This document shows, in pieces, positions 1-25,787 of a stretch of 64,000 nucleotides of DNA. Position numbers and translations under genes: made by a program. Each line of letters opens with the position of its first letter. Within the stretch, counting starts at the first letter, position 1. The stretch comes from Phaeosaccion multiseriatum (Eukaryota > Protista > Ochrophyta, other classes): assembly GCA_965112735.1 (NCBI GenBank), contig OZ218950.1, positions 5,022,001 to 5,086,000 on the forward strand, given 5' to 3'. The notes beneath the pieces were generated by a model that saw only the letters and a program-made list of their open reading frames with translations, did not search any database and had not been told where the DNA came from.

Positions 1-40
1 TGAAGTGGGAGTGAGTGAGTGAGTGACTCGACTCCCGCAC

Positions 41-14348
<14,308 letters not shown>

Positions 14349-14588
14349 GGGGCTCGCCCCTCACAGAGGCAAGTCACCAAGCAGGACCACGCTCTCCCCT
14401 GTGAACTCTATCTGGTGCTTGCTGCTGCTATTGGTTCTTTGCACCACAGTATGTCTACTACGTCTGGGCTGTGAGGATTTAAATTCAGTGTCCAGTTTCA
14501 GGTTCCTGTCCGGACGTTACGTATCGAATATCGCTTTCCTGCTGGTCGATCGCTGGTCAATTGCCACGATCTGCCAGCCGCTGCCGCT
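14349..14588. promoter_or_regulatory. Probable bidirectional promoter between POLE and the DUF4485 gene
   Basis: Divergent start codons only 240 bp apart; no specific cis elements identified. Confidence 0.5.
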
Positions 14589-15172
14589 ATGGTGTCGGGA
14601 ACCAAGACCATGGAGGACTTGGACGAGGAGTTTGGGCGCTCCCTGGCGCAAGTGGAGGCCTGTTTTGACGAGCTGCCCAAGTTCTTGCAGATCCGGGTCG
14701 AGCGGTGGGTGAAGAAGCTCAACACGCCCCACACGGTGCCCACGGTGGCTTGGAGGCGGCACCGCAACGCGTACTCGGCACTCTTCGCATACGCCATCAC
14801 GAACCGAGACTTCCGCGAGCCTTTTCATCGCAACCCGCCCCCCAGACTCCCCACTTTGCCGGGATATTTGCAGCTCCGACTCCCTAGTGCGAAGAAGAGG
14901 ATCACCTCTCATACGCACCACAACCAGCAGCAGCAGGAGCAGATGGAGACGTCGCAGCAGCACCAGAGAACTCGGGGGGTCGCCTTCTGGGGCGAGCAGC
15001 GAAGGCGGTCTCCTGGGGGTAGGAGAAGGCGGGAAAGCAGGGGCGACAGCGGGACTGATGATGATAGTGGGGAGGAAAGGGCGAGCACCGAGGACATGTA
15101 CGGCTCTCCGGCTCACCGGGCTCGAGGTTCTTACGGGCACAGACTTTGCTCCTCTCCGCATCGACGGCAGCG

Positions 15173-15205
<33 letters not shown>

Positions 15206-16280
15206 AATGCACATGCTTCGCAAAGGGGAGGGAGGGAGGGCGCCGTACATGAATGGCCACAACTTTTGCCCCTCGCCCTCTTCCCCCAAGCGAGAGCATG
15301 GCAAGGCACTGAGCTGGGCACTGCAGGAGAAGGAGCAGCAGCGGCAGGAGGAGGAGGGGGAGGCGAGTGACGAGGATCACAATGATGGCTGTGAATGTCT
15401 TCACCACCACCACCACCATCACCAGCCGCAGCGAAAGGGGTGTCTTCGTGCCCCCGCCGGAAGCATAAGAGGGCAAGAGAAGGCCGCCCCAGCGGGCACG
15501 CCGGTCGCTGCGTGGCAACAAGAGCAACAGCAACAAGTGGGAGACACCGAGGACGGCGATAGGGGCGGCGGCGGTGGCCGTGTCAGTGGTAATCATAGTA
15601 GTGGTGGTGGTAGTGGGCCCCGCGTCACCTCGACGCAGCAGCTCCAATTGCTCGTGCAGGAGCTGGGGGGAACGGTGAGGGCGCTGACGGAGCAACTGCA
15701 GCAGCAAGACACGCTGCACAGACTCGAGGTGGACCGCCTGCATCAAATGTATCGGCTCGATGCAGAGCAGCGAGTGGCGCTCCAGAGGCAGGAGATGAAG
15801 AGGTTCAAGCAATCCTTACTCCTACCCGACTTTTTGGACGAGCTGAAACGGAGTGGCCTGGCAGCAGCGCCCATTCGAGGAGGGGCGGGAGGAGGAGGAG
15901 GAGGAGGAGGAGGAGGAGGAGGAGGAGGAGGAGGAGGAGGAGGAGGAGCGGGGGGAGGAGAGATAGACGGGATAGGAGGAGGTGCAAGGGAGCAGGTAGG
16001 AGGAGGAGGAGGAGGAGGAGGAGGAGGAGGAGGAGGAGGAGGAGGAAGAGAAGGAGTGGCAGCAGTAGCAGCTGGGGCCTGGGGCGGTGGCACCAATGGA
16101 GCCGCCGCCGTGGTGGGCTCGTGTCGGGCTATGGAGATGGCGCAGCACCCGCTGGATGCGTACCTGGGCTACCTTAACAAGTTCGAAGAGGACTCGCGCC
16201 TGCTAACGGGGGTGGTGAAGAAAGGGGTGGCGTGCGAGGCTGCGGCAGGCGTGGGGAGATTCGGCTCTGGCGTGAACTGA
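14589..16280 (+). CDS. DUF4485 (CEP112 N-terminal-like) coiled-coil protein, single exon
   Basis: N-terminus LDEEF..QIRVERWVKKL..WRRHRNAYSALF..FREPFHRNPPPRLPTLP matches the DUF4485 pattern as I recall it; a predicted coiled coil follows at about 15640-15810, with poly-Q/G linkers. Confidence 0.7.
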
Positions 16281-16471
16281 AACAGCTTAGCTTAGTAAAT
16301 AATGTACAAACCTAAACCAAATACCCTACTACAGGGCATCTTCTCTTCCCTTCTCTTCTGACATGCCTCTACTTTCAGACAGAAAGAAACCTAGTGGAAA
16401 AAAAGGTGCAAAGGTTCATCCCTAAATAAACAGATGCTGCTGTCTTGTCGTCCTGTTGCTTTGGGTTGTCG

Positions 16472-19400
16472 TTATTGTGAGAGGGCACTGAGGACGGCCC
16501 TTAGCACAGCGGCAACGGCCTTGGCCCCGGGGTCTGGCACTGTCTTGACCTGAGCATCGGAAACGTAATTGGCCCGCCCTGCTAGTGCCCCCATGCTGAG
16601 GATGCGTGTGAGTGCGTGCGTGTGTGTGAGTGCGTGCGTGCGTGTGGTGAGGGCACCGCGTGAGGGGAGAGGGGTGGACGAAGGGAACAGAGGGAGGGAA
16701 CGGGGAGGAGGGAGGAGTGGGGGTAAGTGGGGGGGAGGGGAAGGAAGGAGGGAAGGAGAAGTCAGGCTTGGAAGGAAGGGAGGGAGGGGGATGGTGTGTG
16801 TGTGGTTACTCTTACCTTAATGTCTTCTCGGCTCCTTCTTCTGCTGCCTTGACTGCTCAGCGCAAGTCCAGGAGCGGCGACAGGCCAAGTCAAGCCGAGC
16901 CAACAGAGCCAACACCACGAAGGCAGGGAGGGAGAGAGGGAGAGAAAGGAGGCCACGGAGGAGGGGGGGGGGAGACTAAGTCAATGAGATAGGAAGTCAA
17001 GGAGACAGTTGGCATGCGGCAATCAGAACACCCCTACCGCCCCACCGGATGCACGCACGATGAGTGAGTTACGCTTGGAGATGAAAAAGCCGTCAATCCC
17101 CCCTCCCTCTCTCCCTCTCTCCCTCTCCCTCCTACCCTCTCACCCACTTACCCTTCCTCCCTCCCACCCTCCCCTCCCTCCCTCCCTCCCTCCCTCCCTC
17201 CCTCCCTCCCTTCCTCCCTCCCTCCTCTCCCCTCCCTCCCTCCTCTCCCCTCCCTCCCTCCCTTCCCTCCTTCCCTCCCTCCCTCCCTCCCACCCACCCA
17301 CCCACCTGCCGCCTCGAAGGCCCCTAAGCCTCCCCCCTTGCCCTCCTTGCCCTCCTCGCATGCACGATCCCACGCCTCCCCCGCCGGTACGAGAGCGTCC
17401 ACCAGTGTGCACATGCCCGGCGTCGCCCCTCCGTACAGCATCACCGCCTCGACACCCGCTGCGAAGGCCCGCCTCCAGTCGCCCTCGGGCAAGTCGGACA
17501 AGCGCACCTGGGCCTGTGGGAAAGAGGCGAGGGGGTTGGGGAGAAGTGACCAACGGACTTACATGCGTTACATGCGTTACATACGTTACATGCCTTACAT
17601 GGCTTACATGCCTTACATGCGTTCCAAAGGTGGGTGGAGCGCGTTCGCTTTTCCCTGTATGTACAGTACAACTGTATGTCTGTCTGCCTGTGTGACTGTT
17701 TGCCTGTTGACTGTATGCCTGTGTGACTGTTTCCCTGTTAACCTATGCCTGTTGACTGTATGCCTTTTGACTGTTTGCCTGTTAACTGTATGCCTGTCGA
17801 CTGTATGCCTGTTGACTGTATGCCTGTTAACCTATGACTGTTGACTGTACGTCTGTTAACCTATGCCTGCTGACTGTATGCCTGTTGACTGTATGCCTGT
17901 TGAATGTATGCCTGTTAACTGTATGCCTGTTAACTAGTTGACTGTATGCCTTTTAACTGTATGCCTGTTAACTATTGACTGTCAACAATTAACTGTATGC
18001 CTGTTAACTGTATGCCTGTTAACTGCATGCCTGTTTTCTACATACATATTTAACTGTATGTCTGTTAACAGTATGCCTATTAACAGTATGCCTGTTAACT
18101 GCATACCTGTTTACTACATGCCTATTTGACTGCATACCTGACCAAAGACAGCCTCCCCCCCCCCCACGCAAGCGCCAACGTACCTCGGCTGCACAGAAGA
18201 ACGTTTCAAGGATGGCACCGCTCGTGCCCCCCATTGAGCGCCCAACGGACTCTGCCAGACCCTGCAGGAGAGCAGGCATGTCTGATACACAGAGTTTGTC
18301 TGGGAGGAGGAGGAGGAGGAGGAGGAGGAGGAGGAGGAGGAGGAGGAGGAGGAGGAGGAGGAGGAGGAGGAGGAGGAGGAGGAGGAGGAGGAGGAGGAGG
18401 AGGAGGAGGAGGAGGAGGAGGAGGAGGAGGAGGAGGAGGAGGAGGAGGAGGAGGAGGAGGAGGAGGAGGAGGAGGAGGAGGAGGAGGAGGAGGAGGAGGA
18501 GGAGGAGGAGGAGGAGGAGGAGGAGGAGGAAGAATGAGCTGATGTGAGGAGGTGGTCTCACGCATACACGGATCAATCCCATCACTGCCGAGAGCCTGCA
18601 GCAGCAGCATCATCATCATCTCTCTCACCGCCCTCCAGGTCAGCCAGAAGTCCTTCCACTCCTCGTCGGAAGGTGATGCCGCAGTCCCCGTCTCCGGCGA
18701 TGGAGTCCCTGCACAGAGAGGGAGAGCAGGGAGAGCGCAGAGAGGAAGGGAAAAGACTAAACGAAAGGGGAAACAAGGTGCGGAATGGGCATGGATAGAC
18801 CCATCAACGCGAAAGTGAAACGTCTGTTTGTCTGTCTGTCTGCCTGTCTGTCTACTTGCCTGTCTACCTGCCTGTCTGACCACTCACCATTCCGTGAGCT
18901 GCGGCTCCACTTGTATGATGGCCTCCACCACCGCCTCAACGACCCTCCTCACTCCCGCCGCATCAGTACCTGCCCTGACTTTGACTTCCCCTGCAGAGTC
19001 AACATCGCCGCCATCTGTGTCACCTGAGGACCGCCCCTTTCATAAGTCATTGAGTTAATGAATGAAATGTAAATGAAGCACCACCACACAAGGAGGAGTG
19101 CAGAGGAGAGCAGAGGATGGATGCGATAGGTATGATGCACGTAGGTAAGTAAGTACGCTTATGTACGTTAGGCGCCACTGCAAGCAGGCAGACCAGTGAC
19201 ACCTCATTCACTCATCCAACGATAGATGAGGGCTCCTTTCCTTTTGCAGACATCTCCAGTCGTGCGTCCCCCCTATCCGTCCCTCCCTCCCTCTTTCCCT
19301 CCTTCCCTCCCTCCCGTCCTCCCGTCCTCCCTCCCTGCCTCTGCCCCCTCCCACTCACCGTGGCTTTCTTCGCAGGAGGCTGAGCCCACAGGACAGTGCG

Positions 19401-19820
19401 GGGGCGTGCGTGCGGCTGGCGACACCCCTGTGTCCAAGGTGTCACCTCCGTCTTGGCATCGAGCCGACTGAGCTGCAACTGAGACACCCGCATCACCGAG
19501 CAGCTCACCCCCACCATGTCGAGAGAGGTCATGAAGGCTCCTGAGTATACTCTCCATACCACCAGGCCCCTCTCTTCAAGCCGCAGCACCGCCCTTCGGA
19601 CCACGAGGAGAAGCTCCAGCAGGGGAGTGGCTCCGAGGTTGTTGACTGAGGGGGTTACAGAATATGCAGGTACAGTTGTCAGTCACAGTTGCAGTCACAG
19701 GTTCTTGGCAGCCACAGTTACACGCACAGTTACAGGCACAGTCAGAGAAAGAGTAGTGTAATGGATGTGTGTAATGTGACGTGAGAAAACAAACGACAAC
19801 AACGACAACAGCAATAAAAG

Positions 19821-19880
<60 letters not shown>

Positions 19881-19909
19881 TCGACAGCAACAGCAACAGC
19901 AGCAGCAGC

Positions 19910-19970
<61 letters not shown>

Positions 19971-19984
19971 TCAATAACATCATC

Positions 19985-20048
<64 letters not shown>

Positions 20049-21248
20049 ACCACCACCACCACCACCACTATCATCATCATCATCACCACCATATTCTTTG
20101 CTCTACAAAACACAAAGGCTTCGCTCGCTATTCTTCTCATCCTCCCACTTCGCGCCCCGTCCTTCTTTCTCCCCGTTGCTCACTCACCCATCAACACGAC
20201 CCCCTGCCCCTTCTCTAGTGGCAGGTACCCGCTCGTCTCGATGGAGTGGAGCATGAGAAGAGTGAGCTCGTCAGCCGTGAGGAGGGGGCTCTGCGATACG
20301 CCGGGTTCTCCGTGAATGCCCAGGCCAATCTCAATCGTCGACTGGAAGAGAAGAGACAACACACACACACACCACACACACACACAAACACACAAGGACA
20401 GGGAAGCAGGGGTGGAAGGGGGAGAGGGGGTGAGGAATGAGGGGCACGGCCGCTTCCTTCTTCGCTTCCCAGGCAGTGGTAAGAGCCAGACTGACTGCTC
20501 TTTGGGTGCTCCCACCGCATCATATCTTTCCAAGTCAATCTCCCAGAGTGTCCTCCCAGAGTGTCCTCCCAGAGTGTCATTGACATGATTCCCACCCGTC
20601 CCTCCTCCCCCTTCCAGCCTTCGACCTCTCTCCCTCTCTCCCTCTCTCCCTCCCTCCCTCCCTCTCACTCACAGCGTCCAATCTGTCGTTGGGAGCCTCT
20701 CCCGGCAGTGTGCAAGGCTGCAGTGCCACCCCCATGGTGGCCACGCTCTCCCCCGCCTGCGTCGCCTCCTCGAGCACCTGACCCAAAGGGAGGCCCGCCT
20801 CGGCAGCTGCACAGGCCACTTTCTGCGTGGGTGAGTGAGTATGTGGGTGAGTGGATGAGGGGGGAACGGAGGAAGGGAGGGAGGGAGGGAGGGGGGGAAT
20901 GAGGGAGGGATAGTTTCTTAAGCCAACTCCCCTCTGTTGACGTCCAAACATGCACACACACACATAGACGCGCCTGCACCAGAAGCGTGCCCGCGACGCC
21001 CCTTCTCCCCGTGACGCCTTTGTCCGGCAGAGCGCAGTCGTCCGCGGTGATGAGCATCTCGACAAGAAAGCCCTCGGCCTTAGCCCGCTCGCACGCCATG
21101 CCGAAGTTGAGGCGATCTCCCGTGTAGTTCATAATCACGACCAAGCAGCCCTGTTTGGAGCAGGGAGACATGGACAAAGGTAAGACCAACAAACAAATCA
21201 AGTGTCGCAGAGGTGCACTTGATCCTGAAAAAAGGACGGCTTTACTCT

Positions 21249-21279
<31 letters not shown>

Positions 21280-22000
21280 TCTGCTGCCTTCCTTCGACTC
21301 TTTGCCCCCTCCCCGCTCGCTCTTCTCCACTCACCTGGGGCCCGCAAACCGCGCGTATTGCTGCCAAAACCGCCGAAGCAGAGGGGCTGGCGAACACCCC
21401 CCCCGCCACCGCGGCAGTCAGGAACCCCTCTCCAACGAAACCGCAGAAAGACGGTTCATGCCCACTGCCCCCTCCGCTGAAAGAACAAGAAGAACAACAA
21501 CCACAACAACAACAACAACAACAACAACCTCAACAACAACAACAACCACAACAACAACAACAACCACAACAACCACCACCACCACCACAACAACAACAAC
21601 AACAACAACAACACCAACAAGCACAGCAAAAACAAAGATCTGCGTTGGCTTCTCTCCCCTCCCCCTCCCTTCTTTCTCTCTTCCTTTCTTCCTCTTCTCA
21701 CCTGATGATCGTTACCTTCCTCTGTTTTACGTCTTCGTAGTCACTAAGAAGGAAGGAAGGAAGGAAGGAAGGAAGGAAGGAAGGAAGGAAGGAAGGAAGG
21801 AAGGAAGGAAGGAAGGAAAGAAGGGAGGAAGGGTTTGGGTAGGGTCCAAGGCCTAAGGGAGAGACATTCCTTCCTTCCCCCCACCTCCTCATAATGACGT
21901 TGTAGCCCTCCAATTTCAATACATTGTCCGTGCTCAGCATGATGCCCTCCAGAGCCTCGTCCACGACATGTTCACGCTTGTTCAGAAGAGCTTTCTTCAT
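16472..22000 (-). CDS. DAK: Dihydroxyacetone kinase / triokinase (fused Dak1-Dak2), 13 exons
   Basis: [46 protein letters not shown] (catalytic His), VNNLGAT, FMTSLDM, AGDGDCG, MGGTSG, AGRANY and PDPGA after splicing; TAA at 16472-16474. Confidence 0.96.
17676..18130. repeat. Degenerate 15-bp repeat (TTRACTGTATGCCTG)n in a DAK intron
   Basis: Direct observation; a 9-bp TTACATGC(G/C) run precedes it at ~17559-17620. Confidence 0.88.
18303..18530. repeat. Perfect (GGA)n tract; (CCT)n ending at a DAK 3' splice site
   Basis: Direct observation. Confidence 0.95.
19790..20090. repeat. (CAA)n/(CAC)n/(CAT)n compound microsatellite in a DAK intron
   Basis: Direct observation. Confidence 0.93.
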
Positions 22001-23855
22001 GATGATGATTCCCCAAGCTCCCAAGCTCCCAAGCCCTCCCCTCTTCCTCCTAGCCCTCCAGTTCCCACCCCTCCTTATTCTCCCCCTTTTACACCTGGGA
22101 TTATCCCTCTTTTCCGCCTGTTATTACCCCAAATCCCCAATGTTGATATGTTATCATTTTCTGTGAGTCACCATCACCGCACCAACACGCCAAGCTCCCA
22201 ATTCGGACTCCTGCGCTGCTCTCAAAAGATATCGAATCATCTTCAAACTCAAATTTGTTGCAAATTCGTGGAATTCCACGTTTCCATTTTCAATTTTCCC
22301 CCTGCTTGATATTTTTCTTGTCAGGCTTGTGGCGCAGGCAGTCACTAGTCATTAAGAGTCTTGTCAGACATGTAGAGTGGAGGATTGAGGAGGAAGGAAA
22401 GCGAGCACACAGAGAAACGCAGCTGGGAACAGGGGAACAAAGAGAAGGCCTCCTCTTCCCTTTCCCTCCCCTTCTTGGTGTGTGTTCAGGGCTCTGAGCC
22501 GCGCAAACAAGACAGAAAGTAAGAAAGTTTTAGAAAGGAGAGGGAAGGAAGGAGGAGGGGAAGAGGAAGGGGGAACAGGGGAAAAAGAGGAAACCTGCTT
22601 TACACACTGCACCCGCCTTCCATTCCACTCTCCCCTTGCTTGCAGGCATCAAGCCAAAAAAACTCCTCGCTCACCACCAGCAGCAGGCCAAAGCCCTTCC
22701 TCCGTTGAACTTCTCCCCCCGTTACTGGGCTTGCTTGACTCAATGGAGGGACGGAGTCTACCGCGAGAAGCCACGTACCACTCGAGTCCACCAACCAGCA
22801 GCACCTGCCCTTGCTCGTCCCGCAGCAAGTTGTTCGAGTCGCTCGACCACCAGCACTGGTGTCCTGGACTGGCGCGCTTGCTGGCACGCACGCTTCCTGG
22901 CCACTTGCTTGGCCACCAGCCCCCGGCTCGGGTGGAAGGAAGGAGCAAACGGTGGGTGCGAATCAGCAAAAGCAGCCCACGTAGTCATGCTTAGCAGGGG
23001 CAGAGAGAGGGATTCGGAGCCGAGGTGGTGGTGGTGGTGGTGGTGGTGGTATGAGTAGTAGGACCCAGCGCAGCGCAGAGACTTGGGCAAGACTCACGCT
23101 AGGAGAGTCTCAAGGCAGGGCAGTCGCAGAGAGGGATATGCCTTAGCCAGACAAGGGTTCGCTCACCACCATATGGTGCTCTCAACCCTCGTTTGACTAA
23201 TGCATATTTCCGCCTTGCCGCGTGCCACGCCTTCTTTCATACCGAGAGTCTTGCCAGAGACTCGGTGGTGTGGGTGGCGGAGGTGGTGCCGGCACGCCCC
23301 AGCTTCACAAGCAGCAGCAGCAGCAGCAGCCCGTCAGATTCCCTACGGTATGACTGACGGGACCTCGCCCTCTGCTTTGCTTGTCCTCTCTCTGTCTCTC
23401 CCTCCCCGCTTCCTTCCCCACCATCCCGCATATATACGCTCGGAATATTTCACGGAATGTTTGCTGGTCCCGTCGGTTGTGGTCTGTGGTCTCTCACGTG
23501 GGCATTGACGGACTCGTGAGGTGTCGATGCCGGGGAGGGACGGGTGGCTACTTTGGACAGCAGGGGCTTCCATCGTGGCTTGCGTGAGTCCATGGTCCGG
23601 CGGAACGGTGAGAACAAGTTGGGAGTGGTGGGTTTTGAGGTGCCGTGACGATCACGCTGGCAGAGCAGAAGCGGAGGAGGGGGTTAGAGCTTCTTCCCCC
23701 TCTTTCCCCCTTCTCTTTTTTTTAACTTTCTAACTCTATAATACAGTAAACTCGAACAGCACCAGCAACAACAGCAGCACCAGTGTCTACATGTTCGCGC
23801 GAGCACGCATTACCTCTGGTCGCCCCCCCCCCCCTCCAGCTTGCTGCGGCTAAGG

Positions 23856-25757
23856 CTAGCTCTGAGCCCCGACGGTCCCGGCACTCGCCCTATCCTCCAG
23901 CAAGCGAATCATAGTCTGCTTGAGCTGGACGAGGCAGGCCTTCACCTCAGGGGAGAGTGTGGCCAGCGCTATACTAAGCACGTCGTCAGGCGGTTCCTTC
24001 CTCCCATCTCCTCGCGAGCCCCTCTCTCCCTCTCCCCCTTCCCCTTCCTCTTCCTCTTCCTGCTGCTGCTGCTGCTGCTGGTGGTGGTGGTTTGGCACCC
24101 GCACTGCGGTAACAGGCGCCAACACGGAGCCTGTTCCAGTGACAAAGGCTCCAATCCACTTGTTGTCGTGCGCTTCACTCAACCGTGGGGCAGTCAGGTC
24201 CACCTCAATGCCCAACTCGGCACAAGCCCTGAGGCACACGTCTCGCATGTACCCACAAAGCACTCTGTCGGGTGACGTCTGAACCGTAATCAAGTTCTTT
24301 GGGCAAGGCGGGGAGGGAGGAGCACAGGACCTGGAGAGAGAGGAGGTTCCTCGGATCACCCAAAAATTGTTCACCAATCCTTTCTCACCGGCAGATCAAA
24401 TTCAAGTACAGGGACGGGGAGGTAAAGTGCGTGTGGGCACAAGTAAGACACCGCAGACCATGTTTATGAGGTATGCGTAAGTACACACGTGTGTCTCACC
24501 TTCTAGCAGTTCCACTTCGCCCTCCTTGCACCTCCCTGCTGCCGAGTGGGGGCCTTCTCCCGTGCTCCTGCTGCTGCTGGTGGTGCTGCTCGAAAGCAGT
24601 ACCTCCTTGGCCTCGCCGTTCTTCTTCCACCTCTCCAGCGGCTGCCTCTCCAACACCCAGCTCGAGTGCTTGGCAAGGGGCTTGCTCCTTGCCGCCCCCC
24701 GCACCTCCACAGGGTACGAGTACAGTGTCTCGTCCCACTCACGCGAGATGACTTGTTCGTCGCTGCTCACCTTGGCAAGGGGAAAGGCGTGGGCGCACAT
24801 GTTGATGGTACCCGCATCAGAGCCCTGCGTCTCCGTGACGATATCGACCCCGAGCTCAGTAGCAGCCGTGGCTCCACGTTCTCCTTCCCCTCCCGTCAAG
24901 CGGCGGGCGGGTTCCTGCCCCCCAGCATCCCCAACCACATGGCCACCATCGACGGCAGTGTCGGGGAGGTAGAGGATGGTCACCATGCAGTCAATCTGTG
25001 GGTGGTGTTGCTCAGAGTCATCCCCCCAGCCCTCTTGGCCCGATCCCTTCGGCTGTTGAGCCTGCACAGTTGCCCCTTCGCCATCCGTAGCAACACCGCT
25101 TCCAGCATTCGTGTCTCGAAAGGCCTGCAGAGCTGCTTCGCACAGCCAAGTTGTGCGCCCCCTAGTACGCGGCCAATCAAGTTCCTGAGCGAACCAAGAC
25201 AGCAGTAGCAGGAGGAGGAGGAGCAGCAGTTGTCGAGTGGTCAGAGGAAAAGGCCGGCTGAGCAGAACACTTTCAATATAAGAAAAGTGAGCCTACGTTG
25301 CACTTCCTGCTGCCTGCTGCTGCTGCTGCGCAGGTACCTGTGGAGAGGAGGAAGTGAGGCGCAGCGACTCCTCCAATCGCCTTTGATGGTAATCCTGTCC
25401 GGCTAGGCCCCCCTCCCACGCTCCTCCCACCGTCCTCAGGCACGTGTATGGGCCCTCTCCAGGCTGCTCACGCAAAAAGCCGCTGGGCAGGGTAGCAGCA
25501 TCGGTACCGCCTTTGTGCAACCGGACAATACCCCTCTCTCCTTCTCCCTTTTCTACCACCACGCTAACACTCAGGTGAGGCTCAAAGCAAAATCCGGGTT
25601 CCAGCAGCAGCAGTAGCAGTAGCAGTAGCTGCTGCAGAAGCAGCAGCAGCACGACTGGAGACAGGAGAATCTTTCTTTCCTTTTCTCTCGGGGGAGTAAA
25701 TGTCCAAGGGGGAGGCGCGCAGGGGGGGATGTTGGTGCTTCCTATCACAGTTGGGTC
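23856..25757 (-). CDS. Class IV PLP-dependent aminotransferase-like protein (D-amino-acid transaminase/ADC lyase fold), 3 visible exons; start unresolved
   Basis: GPYTCLRT..YHQRRL, RSKPLAKHSSW (candidate Schiff-base Lys), LLEG|LVNNFWVI, VLCGYMR, AFVTGT..LAPV; introns about 25337-25185 and 24499-24383. Confidence 0.8.
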
Positions 25758-25787
25758 CTATGGAGAGAGAGAGAGAGAACGTGTTGG

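Noticed and set aside
18949-19360. Apparent frameshift between DAK exons 7 and 8
   Set aside because: Resolved by using the AAG acceptor at ~19037 rather than the CAG at ~19024.
21440-21477. DAK motif GHEPSF instead of GHEPxH
   Set aside because: The substrate-binding residues (GHEP His, TGD Asp, GIHGE His) are intact; the variation is not evidence of a changed function.
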